A stretch of 58,315 bases of DNA, counting the filler, from Platydemus manokwari (lineage: Eukaryota): the NCBI GenBank assembly GCA_037951405.1. It is 6 parts of 6 records of this genome, joined end to end, with 100 filler letters (N's around TTAATTAATTAA, not from the genome) between each part and the next. Parts side by side here need not be neighbours in the genome. Positions count along the whole stretch, not along the records: positions 20,610 to 29,490 come from JBBMOY011335206.1; positions 29,591 to 39,118 come from JBBMOY011236431.1; 4 more parts are not named here. One strand, 5' to 3'. Both the position numbers and the translations under genes were made by a program. Below the pieces are notes generated by a model. That model had not been told where the DNA came from and searched no databases. It worked only from the letters and a program-made list of their open reading frames with translations. Shown here piece by piece: positions 25,804-39,118 of this stretch; positions within the stretch are counted from its first letter, which is position 1, and every line of letters starts with the position of its first letter.

Positions 25804-26438
25804 TTAATTTTCATTGAAACTATTTTTAATCGAATTTTCCTTCCCCAAAAGACTTGCATGTGGAATCTCATTAACCTTTTCATTCCTGTATCGATGAGAA
25901 ACTTCTATCGCGGTAGCTGTGGCTGCAGTTTTCAAAATACTTCTCCTAGTGAATTGTTTTGCAACCATAGCTAACATTCCAAGATTTCCAGCTGCATAAA
26001 GGGCATTTTCAGTCGACTGGCCGATTTCTTCACCGTAACTAAAAATGTAGCAAATATAATATTAAATCATTGGTTTCCTGATTTAGATTATTTGTGGTTT
26101 AAAGTAGCATTTCTATTCGTTGAAAATTTTGAAAACAATCAGAATTCATATAAATTAGGTAAAACAAATCATAAAAATTTGAAAATAAAATAAAATTAAA
26201 ATTTTTACCGATGACCCATAACTTGACCACTACTACGAGCTGCACACCGACCAAAAGTAATTGCACCGTCATGAAGACTATCAAATAATAACACTAAACC
26301 CTGTACACTGGTTCCAGTTACCAATGCAATTTGTTCAGCTTTAGATATTTCTCCATTTTGACCTTTTGCTTTCCAATCATCTGGTAGAAGATTATTCGCA
26401 GCTGAAATGATATGAGGAGCTGTTTTCGCTGCTAAAAA
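25804..26438 (-). CDS. SPART: Spartin (SPG20)-like senescence-domain protein, last two exons 26438-26209 and 26038-25804; 5' exons not found in window
   Basis: Spliced peptide FLAAKTAPHIISAANNLLPDDWK..VTGTSVQGLVLLFDSLHDGA..QVMGHRYGEEIGQSTENALYAAGNLG..ILKTAA matches the spartin C-terminus (LAPH..LVP..SSVQGF..YKYG..G). 170-bp GT-AG phase-2 intron. Missed by the ORF track. Confidence 0.82.
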
Positions 26439-29400
26439 CTGAAAAAATTACAAATATATTTTAAAAAATGTTAGAAATAAGTGTGAAATGATTTTAAACG
26501 AAATCCAATCGAGATTCTTTGAATAAGGCGTAAGTTTAATAATTTCAAGAAATTATATTACTTTCTATGCAGTAAAACAAAAAATACTTATAGCAACTTT
26601 CTTATCAAATATATAAATAAACGCATCATTTCAATATAATTTTGATAAATTCATAAAAATCCAATGGATAACAATATCATTCCATTTTATTTTTGATGTT
26701 ATTATAAATAAATTAAAAAAAATCAGAGTTACCTAATTTTCTTTTATTCGCGAGGGGTAAAAATACTAAAGCAATAAAAAAATCGTTACATAATATTTTA
26801 AAAAGATTTATGAAAGCGTATAATTTTTTAAAATCGATCACTAAATTCGATAATTTTCACCTTAAATAATTTAACAGAAAATTTCAATCAAAATATAAAT
26901 TTCTGTTCTAAAATGAAATCAACTTGAGTAACCAATCGAATAGTGAAATGATTTCATTTTAATAAATTATCTGATATTTCATTCAAAATTTCTATAATAC
27001 AAAATAATTAAAGCCAATATTGTTTCTAAAACATGGAAATAGAAAATATATAAAATCCAAATAAAATCAGCGTTTTTGAAACAGCTAACTGGGACTAACT
27101 AGGGTCATGTTTGAGTTATTACAAGGAAGTTGAAAAAACATCAGAAATAATATCACTTTTGAATTTAGTCAGATAAAAAAAGTGAGAAGGTACAAGGAAA
27201 ATATATATAAGCATAATATATTATTTAGAGTGTAATTGTTAATTTTGTTGCGGTTTGGAGGTTGACAGTTTTAATAAAACAGTAACTTGAAACATTATCG
27301 AGGTATTTTCTTTTTTATTTCTGTAACCGTATGGTAATAGCAGAAAAATTGTATCAATGTATAAAAGTTTTATTTTAATGTTTTATTTTAATTAGAATCT
27401 GTCATTGACAATTTTATGTTATAGCATCCAACATTGTCATCTTGATTTCTGTGGCGACCAGTCCAATTACAGTTAAGGAGGTAATCGAATGTTCTTTTTT
27501 GCATTTTTCTATGATGATTCTAACGTCTATGCTTATGCATAATTGGTTATTAGTGATAAAGTTAATGTAGCCACATGTTTGTGGGCCACAGTCAAAGTTA
27601 TTCTACTGTAATTGTCGCTGTTTCTTATCGTGTTTACTTTTTAATTTTGAGTTTTTCCATAGTGAGTTTTCATACTTGAGTGCCTTTTGGCTTTGGTTTC
27701 AGCTTCATGTAAGAATTCGGCACCATTCAACGAGTCAACTATGTCTCCTCCGAATAAGGAAGGGGCCAGTAGCATCGAAATCTTAACTGGAATCGTTTAC
27801 CAAAATACACTTCGTTATCCATAAGTTCAGCTGTGCAAATTTTGTCATTTTATTTTATGTTTTCATTCTAATCAATATATTTTAGTTTTCAATTTCGATT
27901 TCTGTTTATTTGTCATAATGATATATTTAGTAATTGATAAAAGCATTCTGTCACCTAATTTCTAATCAACGTACTACAGTCATGCCAGCTTATTTAGGAT
28001 TTGATTGGAATGCCACAATTTATACGATTTATCTCAAATACGACTTATATCAAAAAGATTATTTTTGCAGTATTATTAGCTTGTCGTTCATTTAACATAG
28101 AATAAAAATGAATGCCTTTTCATTTCATCGTTATAACAGTAGTATATTACTATAAGATTTCTAAAGTAATCACTGGTTAAAAAAATAAAAACTCGAATTG
28201 TATAATTTTTAAAAGAGTGTATCTATTAAAACGCAACAATTATCGAATTGATAATGAATAATATTATGAATTATAAAAATAAAAATCCGGAAGTTTGAAA
28301 CCATTATGACATACGTTTTAATTTGAGATATTCCGATCCGCCTCAAGCGGACTTGACTGTATTTTATTTCAGTTTCAACACCACTTACGGGCAGATATAC
28401 TTGTATTGAATATAAATAGACAAAGATCTATCGAGGCAATAGTTAATGTAAAATCATCTGCGACTGTTATAATCATTACTATTAACACCATATATTTATT
28501 CATACTATTTTTCGAGTGCGAAATGAAAGAAAAACAAATAATAGATATTTCTACATTCTTAGAGGCCGATTTAAGACGCTAGTATAAAGAATCTCACTCA
28601 AAGTAAAATGTAGTAACATAATAGAAACCAATACGGCTGAAACGTTACAATTTTTCAACTTAAATTTCATTTCATAAATGAGTTAAAATTTATATTTATA
28701 AACTCAAAAGAGTTTGAACATCACAAGAGTTCAAAAAACATTGCAATGATTAACTATGGTGTTACAAATATCGGTCAATTTTATATAATTTTAATATTAG
28801 ATTATGAAATTTTTAAGACTAAAGTTCAAACTTTCATATATAGTTCAATTAGGTTAGAAAGCTGCATATTAAAACTAATTTTTCATAATAGATTCTTCAT
28901 TTCAACGTAAATTTAGTTGACAATCAGACTTGTGGAAAGAAACACGTGGTTCAAAACCTCAATTGATAATTTTTCTCAAATGAGCACATGTACATTTGAC
29001 AATTTTATTCTACTGTAACACAAGATAATTTCAAAGAAGAAAAGATTTTCTCAGATTGTAAATTCTTTCGAATTACTGGATGAAGTTAAGCACGTTAAAA
29101 AATTTGTTTTGTAATAGACCGGTATTTCCAAAACTTATGATCATCAGAAAGAATTCCTGACCAATCTAATTCTCATATTTCTTTCATAATAAAATCTTGT
29201 CATAAGACAGCCGATAAAAATCTTTGACTATTTAATGAAAGATTAGGAATGTGAGTAAGACTTTCAAGTTAATAATCATAAATAAAGTTTGATATATTGC
29301 AGATGATTTCTTAATTATTTCATCTCTGTGGGTTACAATTCTATCACCAATCAAGCAACAAATCTATAGATGCTTTGTGAAGTGAATTCATATATTTCTT

Positions 29401-32400
29401 TCAATAATATTTTAAATTTATATTGGGTCTATAACTTAATAACCGGAATTTGACACCAGATGTAAACACTTGTGTGTGTGCTGTAGCAAANNNNNNNNNN
29501 NNNNNNNNNNNNNNNNNNNNNNNNNNNNNNNNNNTTAATTAATTAANNNNNNNNNNNNNNNNNNNNNNNNNNNNNNNNNNNNNNNNNNNNACTATGCAAA
29601 ATGTACTTTAAATAAATAAATATTTTTCAAAAAAAACCGAAATTTTAAGGTTATACACCTAATAATTTATAAAATTATTCTGTTTAGGACTTGTAATTTT
29701 TATTTGTGTTATCAGTCTCTCATTTATTGATGGAAGATCACCTTTGTCTTGATCAGTCTCTATGAGTCCTAATCAAGTCCATGATACAAACTATTAAAAC
29801 CTTTTATTTGTTTTTTTTCCACGTCACTTACAATATTATGCGATGATAATATGTGTGGCAACAATGATCTTGATGATTTTAAAACGATCAGTCTCAATTA
29901 CTATTACTACTGTATAACACTTTACTTCGATCAATGAGCATACAAGTTTGATGTACAAATATTTATTAATATAACAACAATAGCACCAAATATTAAAATG
30001 ACACTGACTTTGTTGATACACTATACAACTAATAATTATACGAAATGACCCTATAGAATTTCTTTTACTTTTTAAGGAGGATGAGGAAAAACTTGATATT
30101 AGAAGATAAACGACAGGCTATAATACTGATCGGTCGTTTAAATAAAAATCGTACTCACATTACTAATTATTGGTATATAACAATGTCTTCTTCTATGGCA
30201 ATACGTCTGTTGAAAATACGAGTGTCTAGTGGTTTCCTGGTTAATTTTAAAGGGGCAAGGTTCTGATGTTTTGAACTTCTATTTAAAGGTTTTCACGACT
30301 GGGTTTTAATCGTTCCACGTGATGATTTATTTGGGTACATTAAAGTTTTTTCCATTGGAATTTCAATTAAAATTCTATTAATTTAAAATTCTATTGATTA
30401 ATTTTCTGCCTTTGAATTATCGTTTGCAAATATAAACTATTAACCCTCATTTAATAGTATATTCAATATTATTAAATTCCGATTTATTAATTTATCACGT
30501 ATATTTTCCAAACCGTATTCTTATTATTTTTCCTTTATTGATTATCTGTCCAGAAATCCTTAAAAAGGGTGAAAATAAATTAATACATTTATATTTCCTC
30601 ATTCATAAAAAATATAACTTGTTACAATTTTCATGACTTGTTACAAATTAATACTGATAAAAATTATTACATAATAAACATGCGAGAGTATAAGATAAAA
30701 TTTTTACAATGAATTTTTCGATATTGTTCACTTCATCATCACGAAAATTATTTAAATACTGTTAATTTTTGAATATTAAAAGGATTAAAATAAAATTGAA
30801 ATTCCTATTTAAAACAGATAAAATATAAAAATGTGGGAATTTTTATATTTTAATAAAAAATGGAACACATTTAAAATTTGATTAAATATGATGTAATAAA
30901 TAATATATTTTTGTGCCGTTAAAACATGACTTCTGATTTAAATCTCGAGTATGAAGAAATTTTCCATACTAACAACGATAATCAACTCAAATAAGTCGAA
31001 CTGTAATAATGGCAGCGAAATGTAATGACATTGAATTAATAATAGCCAGTGATATAATAAAATAACCCAATGTTACTCTAATGTAGGTGGAATAAAAATG
31101 AATGAGAATAGATTAATAAACAACAATTTCCATGAATAATTCATGATTAATGAAAAAAAATTAAAATATTCTGTGAAAAATTGAGGAATGAAATTAACCC
31201 AATAAAATATTATAAAATAAAATATTAATCAAATAACACTAGAAACTCCAATTATACCTTGAAAATAATATGAATAAATTATTAATTTGGTTAGTATCTT
31301 AAGGGAATTCTTAAACAAATAAAATAGTGTTGAGGTCAAATTCGAAATCACCAAATTATTACTGTAGACTTGATTCTGAACAGCTGACTAATTACGGACT
31401 CCAAAATTTAGAGGACTATAACTTTATTTTCAAATTGCGTACTAACCATTACGACTTATAAACATACACAAACATACTCAAACTATTAAACATAAACAAA
31501 ACCTGTGTTCAAACTGGCATTTTTGGAAAGAATGGACGCTTTTTAATATATGATAGCACACAATATTAAATTTATTAATTTAAAAAAATTTTTCTAGAAC
31601 ATTTTATTAACTTTTTATTTTTTGATTTAACTAAATTAGTAAAGATTTTCTTTTAGAATTTTTCATAGAATATTTATTCAACAATTTTAATTATTTTTTA
31701 AAAAGTTTACTTTTCAATACTCAACAATAGTTTCACAAAGATCAGAACCAAACCGATTGGATTGATTTTGCCTTAATGAGACAAGGTTTCATATAAATCA
31801 AAAGCAGTTTGAAAATTATTTTCACTTAATTTTTAAACTTATTTATTTGAATTGATGTGATCTATTCATTGTGTTGTGTAATAAAAATGTTTTGTTAACA
31901 AGAGTTGGTTGGTTTTGTTACTGTCAAGCAGGTCAAAATCATTTCACATGCATAATGATCATTCATTATCATAGCATCACCGTGTGTCTGGTGAAAAAGT
32001 TGTCAATACTATTAGTGACAGATTCACAGGTTGGATTTGGAGTCAGACATTTAATTTAAACTTATAGAGCTACGTTCTCCTTGCTTTCATATAAGTGATT
32101 TAACGATATACGTGAAGAAACATCAAGTATAATGCTAAATTACTACTTGATGATCGTGGGAACTCAGAGGTTGAGATAATCCGTAAATAGGATCAATAGA
32201 GATTCCATAATAAAATAAATAATTATATAAACAAAATAAAACAAATGACCAGAAAAGTAACAGAATTATTCATTATTAAATCAGCCAATCAATTCTGATT
32301 AAGCTATCCTTTTGAGTCAGACATAAAACTAAGTCCAAAAAAAAATAATAAATAAAAAAAAATTATAGCATTTTAGTGATCGAACCGACATCATTAAAGG

Positions 32401-32520
32401 TTGTAGCTTTATTTCTATCTATCACAAAGTATCACAGATTTACAATTAGAACTTCACTTCTAAATGCACACATATTACTTAGCACGAGTTACAAATTTAA
32501 TATAATATCTCAACACGTAA

Positions 32521-32852
32521 CCAAAACTTGGCTTCCAACAGTAGACCATCTTTATATTGGTATTTATATTCGATATATGTGTGCAATTTTTTGTGTTACG
32601 CTTGTATCACATTTTGATTTGTTATTTTCTTTTCTATGTTTCTATTTGGATTATTTGTTTTGTGCATGAGTGAGATCGGTCAATCCCTATGTGTGCTTTG
32701 TTGTGTGGCTATGTCCTTTTTTCCAATTGTGAGTTACCACCTAGGTCTTCTGTGATTGGTTAATCGTTATGGCTGCAATGTTTGAAGTGCCAAAACAATG
32801 ATCACATGGTGCAAAACCGTTTTTCTTTTGTAAGACTTCCTCTTACTCAACA
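32521..32852. mobile_element. Second, inverted and diverged copy of the solo-LTR-like element at 7237-7612
   Basis: Colinear reverse-complement blocks (ccatcttta, tgtatcacattt, ggtcaatccctat, ctgtgattgg, gtgccaaa, ggtgcaa); ends in actcaaca. Confidence 0.72.
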
Positions 32853-33448
32853 TTAATGTAAGAGCAAGCTATAAATTGACCAAAAATTAAAGTGATATCA
32901 GATACCAACAATTTATTACAATGTATGATTAGAGTGTACCTTTAATGTAAAGGAAAAATTACTGCAAATATTTTTAAGATTTTCTAATTGAAACAAGTAG
33001 TAAAAAGAGAGAGAGCAAGTTATTTATGATTTTATGATTTTTTTTAATCTGCCAAACTCAACCCAATGGAGAAATTGTTAGTTGTTTAAATTTATATTCA
33101 AATATTACACCATCTGTTAAAATAAGCTGAATGTAGGACACACGGGAATAACAATGTCGATCATCTATCGCAGACTAACATTGAATATCTGTTAATGTTA
33201 TTTTATATTGACGGACTTTTATAAAAATACATAAAATCATGATTTTCCGGATAAATATTGCAATGAATTTTGCAAGACACAACAGATAATTGAATCCATA
33301 TAAAATACCAAGAAGTGTGAGATAAATAATTGAAATGTTTTATCCTAAATGCAGTGGCATTATTTTTTGATCAATATTTATGCGATGAAGACATGTTTTA
33401 ATAGAGATGAAGTGATTTCAGCGGATAATATTATGATTATCCTGTACA

Positions 33449-33685
33449 TTATTGATTGTCACCAATTCTTCTAAAGTAAATCGGCTTACGATAATTGATA
33501 AACTGCTTCTGTTGAAGACTCTCACTGGAAATAGAACTCATTGAATGCCATTTATTAGCGAATTGAAGATTGCTTCGTGATTGATATAAAGATATAGGAC
33601 GATGATCAATTGACTGCAATAAATATCGATCATTCCACTTATTAATATTATCAATTTTCATTATTCTTTCAACAAGAGAACACAT
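33449..33685 (-). CDS. Hypothetical 78-aa small protein
   Basis: True ATG and a hydrophilic, protein-like composition unlike the FILK-rich random ORFs. CCAAT box ~80 bp upstream. No recognised domain. Confidence 0.35.
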   Translation of the reverse strand: MCSLVERIMKIDNINKWNDRYLLQSIDHRPISLYQSRSNLQFANKWHSMSSISSESLQQKQFINYRKPIYFRRIGDNQ

Positions 33686-35478
33686 TTGAATTAATGCTCA
33701 AAACCCGATTACAATGAATGGAAAAAGTATCGGTTATTAGTGAAATATTACATGTTTTCTGTGATTGGCTGAATTATTGTTGACATACAAGCTGATACGT
33801 AAACAATCAACATCATAAATGATGATTGAAAATAATGATGTATGTGGGCTAGAAAATTTATCAATTCTCAAGGAAATGTTTAACATAGGGAAAAGTGTGA
33901 CCTTTTATTCTTTTGATTTGTGGATGGTTTGTGTAGAAACTGGAAAACAGAAGCAGCAGTCATTATGTAATTCAACCCGTTAATAATAATTCAATTTTAA
34001 TTATAATTTATGGCAATATTAGACTGTCAAAGTTTTAAAAATAATACAATAGAACAGACAATATAAAACAATATGAACACTAGCGGCTTTTTGTATATTT
34101 ATCAGTATTGTCAAAGTCGATAATGTCCTACTGCATAAATTAATTAGTTAACCTATTCAGAGTTTAGTTATAATATTATATTTTTTCATATCAATAATAA
34201 TAGACATTAAAATCGTTACTGTGAATGATAGTTTCGATGTGGAAAGAATTCACAAGGTTTCAGTGGATGTAAGAATGTAAATAAGTTGTTGAATAAAATA
34301 ATCTAACTAAATGAAAACAATTGGTAAAATATTAGTAAAATTAATAAAATTTAGAAATTGATTTTCGAAAAATATGTAAAATTACCGTAAAAACATAATT
34401 AAAATAAATTATTTTTATTGGATAATCTTATCCAATGAATTTCAAGATAAATTGTAGAAAATCAATAAAATTCCTGATTGATTTCAAAATATCAAATCAT
34501 TCGATATAAGCTTCTGAATAAAGTGTGAAATGAAAATATTAGTAGATCTCACAAAGAATTTCGAAACTCTGTTTTTTCTTCCGAAATTGATAAGTAAAAC
34601 ATTATAAATTCATAGGTTTAACAATGGATATTTCGATAAACATGAAACAGAATCAAGTAAAAATTAATTATTAGAACCAAAATAATCTACAGAAGGATGT
34701 ATATTCAATCTACTTTAAACAATTGAAGAGTGATCATAATGATGAACCCTTGGGTTGATAAAAATATCGAGGAAAATTTTCTCATAAAAAGTTCACGGGA
34801 AGAAATGTTTTAATGTTTTGAATGAAATATTCACTATCAGTACGATGTAAATATTTAAAACATTCCTTCAAATTATAAAAGATTTATTCAGGTCATAAGA
34901 TGTGTTACAGACGTTATAATATATACAATGAGATTACACCATGTAAAATCTTGAGAAAATATTCAATGTAGCTTCGACATCCTTTATCTTTTAATGAATC
35001 CGGTATCGAATTTTGTTGAAAATTCGCAATCAATTTCTAAAAATCATTCGATTATGTCGAGGCTAATTGTTAATAAATATTTCTTTAAATTATATTTATA
35101 AAATTATAATTATTAATCATCTAACCAATATTATAAAACTTAATAACAGGCGATCTTGAAGTGGGATTGGACAAAATTATCAAGCGCAGTAAGATAAGTA
35201 CTCAAAAACAGCATGACAGTTATACACAGTAATAACATTTGTGCACCAAACAAATCAAATTGAAATTAATTATACAATTATGACTTTTATGATAAGGTAG
35301 ACGAAAATAAAATTACGCAAGAATAGATGATACTTTATTCCATTCAGTCTCTATAGAAACAATCACTATAGTTACTCATATCAAAAAATTCAGTGGAAAC
35401 AAAAGTTATGAATGTAACCATAAATCGATAAAAAGATAAGATAAAATTTTATTCATACAAAATATAATCTAAACTAAT

Positions 35479-36765
35479 TTATACTTCAGTTATAAAATCT
35501 TCATAATTAATGAAAATTCGTTCACCATTGTTTACATCGAAATAAAATCGGTTCCCTAAATCTTTCTTCAAGTATGTTTTGAGACCGGTGCTTTGATTGT
35601 TGATAAATATTTTCCCATTGATTTCTTGCTTTAAATAATGTTTTTCACCTGATAAATCAAAGAAAAACAATCGCCCATTGATTTCCTTTTTCAAACGCAA
35701 TTTATGGCAATTAGATGAATGACAAAATTCATTTCCATCGCTACTTGATTTCGGTTGAACGAAAAGATGTTCGTATAAATTTTCATTGTAGTTATCATTG
35801 ACATTGAAGAGTTTCGGCGAACTATAAATGTATTCATTTTCCAAATGCGATTGACGGATATTTTTGTTTCTTTCACCCTCGAAATTCATATAAACAGCAT
35901 CATATGCACTACAAATCATCGACGGTTGTTTCGATTGTAAATTCATACCAAACGAGTTCACAGATAAGCTCGGCCTAACATCGTACACTGGCGGCACCAT
36001 AGACACTTTACACATTTCTTCAACTTGATTTGATGTTAAGGATGAAACTTGAGTTCCTGGATGATTTTTGTTCAATTCGGGTTTATTTGTATAAAGGCGT
36101 TTATAAATACAAATTCCGATAACGATTATTATTAAAAATATAAGACACCATATCACCACCAATATTGTGATTTGAATTGGCAAATTCAGTCGTTCAAATA
36201 ACGAGTAAAGTTGATAGATGCCTCCATTATCCGTTTGTGCTTCCAAAGGAAAATTCGTTAACGATCTATCAGTTTTCTTGAATAATTCGACCGTGCTGGT
36301 AAAAATTTTATTTTTTTCGAATCTCATAACATTTGAAACGAAATTTTTCCTGTTCTCCACACTACCAACTCGAAAGAAATAAACCGTCAATGTCATGCCA
36401 TCGGCATAATTATTAAATCGAATCTCTACTCTTATCGAATTGTTATTTTTTGCAACACCTTCGATTTTCATATATGATTTTTCCATGGTTTCAATTGGAA
36501 AATAATTGGCTTGTGAAACAACGATCACATTAGCTACTGGCATTTCGTCTCTGTGGATTGTAAAAACCAATTCCGACATATCGTTTTTGTCGGTTTGTGA
36601 AAAATTGTATTGGAAAATAAATGTCTCATGGTCTAGAATTGGGAAATTTCGGAGAATTGCATATGGTTCACGTGCAATAGGTTGGACTTTATTTTCAGAA
36701 TATCGACGGCATAATTCCACGAAATTGAAATAAAATATTAAAAACACGAAAACAGAATTTAGCAT
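35479..36765 (-). CDS. Intronless 428-aa single-pass type I membrane protein of unknown family
   Basis: 1287-nt ATG-initiated ORF in very AT-rich DNA. N-terminal hydrophobic signal peptide, ~175-aa beta-rich ectodomain, TM helix ITILVVIWCLIFLIIIVIGICIY followed by KR, Tyr-motif tail, and C-terminal ITEV. Confidence 0.85.
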   Translation of the reverse strand: MLNSVFVFLIFYFNFVELCRRYSENKVQPIAREPYAILRNFPILDHETFIFQYNFSQTDKNDMSELVFTIHRDEMPVANVIVVSQANYFPIETMEKSYMKIEGVAKNNNSIRVEIRFNNYADGMTLTVYFFRVGSVENRKNFVSNVMRFEKNKIFTSTVELFKKTDRSLTNFPLEAQTDNGGIYQLYSLFERLNLPIQITILVVIWCLIFLIIIVIGICIYKRLYTNKPELNKNHPGTQVSSLTSNQVEEMCKVSMVPPVYDVRPSLSVNSFGMNLQSKQPSMICSAYDAVYMNFEGERNKNIRQSHLENEYIYSSPKLFNVNDNYNENLYEHLFVQPKSSSDGNEFCHSSNCHKLRLKKEINGRLFFFDLSGEKHYLKQEINGKIFINNQSTGLKTYLKKDLGNRFYFDVNNGERIFINYEDFITEV

Positions 36766-37689
36766 TGAATTTTTTTAATTATAAAATTAAAACAAAGATT
36801 ATGTTCTTATTAATAATATTGAAATTTAAATCAATTCAAAATTATTGAAATCGAATTTAAAATGAATTTTAAAATAATTTCAAAACTCGTTCGCTTATAA
36901 AATTCTAAAAAGAAAGCATGTTAATTGTCTAAATTAGTTATTCTTATAGAACTCTTTGCTACATAACATTAATAAATTTTATTTTACTTTTTTAAAAATT
37001 ATTTAAAATTACAGCCATAACAAAATGGTTAGATAGCAAATCAGCGATGAGATTTCTTAATACCAAAAGCAAAAGAAACAGCTGCAAGAACAGGGAAACA
37101 CAAGACTCTATTTACAATATCTCTACAATGTATTGTTATTTAAGATTTTGAATATGATTTCCGCGCCACATTCACATAAACCAGTAGTTACATTTCCTGC
37201 TGTTTATAATAAGTGTATACTAGAAGCGTACAAAGTAAGAATTTTAAATGCATGCTACATCGCAGAAAAGTTGAAATCAGTGTTTTAATTAAAAATGGAA
37301 ACTTTTGTAAAATAAAAATTGAATGATATACTATATCTAGGAGTTTGAAGCAGGGCAAATAAAGAATACCAAAACCATATGTATACACTGACTAAGCTTG
37401 TGTGATAAGTCATGGATTATACTCTGAAGTATTTGCAACAAATATTATTATTTTGTGAAGCCATGATAACACAACAAACTATTGTTAGAATTCCTAACGT
37501 TCTCATTTTATTAGTATCAGAAAGAATTTGATATATATCTAATTATAATTCCGTGTTGCTTGATTTCACTTGACCTAACTATATTATTTTATATTTTCTT
37601 CATAACGGTAGTAATCACTTTGGATTTTTTACATAAATTTACGTTTTTTGACGAAATCTTAAATCTCATTTACTAAATATTTGATTTTA

Positions 37690-38290
37690 ACATAAATAAA
37701 ATGGCTTTCGAGTTCTTTCTAAGAATAAATTCTTTACCATACAAGTGATGGTTAATGTGATGACAGAAATTATATGTTCCTGTCTATCGATAAAACATCA
37801 TTTTTCATAGTCATCTTTTAGCAATAGAACCATCACTATTCTGGGTATCGGAGTCGATAAATTTTTTGAAGCTTTTTTAAATTTCTCTGTTATGTGTCTT
37901 GATTTAGCTCTGCCCTTGATGTGTCTGCTATAGCCCTTGATTTTTGTGTTCCATGTATAAATATTCTCTAGTAGCCATTAATTTCTAATTCCTTATCTCT
38001 CCTGATTGCAATACGTTTCACAGTGTTCTCGATATTGTGTCTGATTAAATTTCTCAAAACCCATCTTTGTAGCCGTTCTCGTCTCAAACATAGCACGGTA
38101 CAACCATTGGATTATTGTACTTTCTTGATATATGTTCTGAATTGTTAATAGTTGTCCTGGTAATTATTCTCTTTATCTACTTCTTTACCGTATGGCTTGT
38201 TTTACTTCTTCTTATCCATTAATATTATCTCATTATGTTCACATGCTTGACCTAGCCCAACATTTTGACATAGTAATATTAAAATATCGT
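37690..38290 (-). pseudogene. Decayed coding-like relic, probably TE-derived or env-like
   Basis: Minus frame IQWLYRAMFETRTATKMGFEKFNQTQYREHCETYCNQER*GIRN*WLLENIYTWNTKIKGYSRH continues through isolated stops. Confidence 0.25.
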
Positions 38291-39040
38291 TAACAAATTT
38301 TGAAAAACTTTTCGATTAGGTTCCATACTATGTATTTCTCTATCATTAGTCTTTTTCGTTGTTGTCGGTACTTGTAAAATCTATTCTGACTTCGTTTTTA
38401 TCACAAATCACAGGCACATGTTGAGATTTGTTTATATTTGAAATTGATGTAAAATATGCCATTCATGATAATTATTTTTATTGTTTTATAAAAAATCATA
38501 ATTTTTAAGATAAATGTAAAAATAAATGTTAAAATAAATCTAATACAAATAAAAAGTTAATTAAAAAATAATATATATATATATATATATATTAAAAAAA
38601 TTGAATAAAAAATTGAATAAAAATTAAATTTAAATTATGAAAATATAATGATAAATGAAAATAAAAATCAGAAAAGTTAGAAATAAAACAGATTATTTTT
38701 AAGTAATTTGATTCTAAGTATTTTTGATTTTAAAATTAATAAATTATATTAATTAATTATATTATGATAATTATATCAATCATTTTTATATTTATATTAA
38801 AATCGTATGCTGTCACCAATCTGCGAAGGAAATCGACGAAGTTATAATTGTAGTTTATTTATCCTAATTTATTCTGATTTAAACTGGTTCATTAGATGAA
38901 TATGTTTTGGAAGCGATTGAAAGGAACATTTATAAGTATGCAATGTGATTTTAAATTTAGTTGTAATAATCAATTACATGATTGACAGACACTGAAGAAG
39001 TAAACCTTATAATGATTATATTTACTGTCCTTATAACTAC

Positions 39041-39055
39041 ATTTATTATTATTGC

Positions 39056-39118
<63 letters not shown>
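39041..39118. repeat. (ATT)n microsatellite running into a linker
   Basis: Directly visible. Confidence 0.95.
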
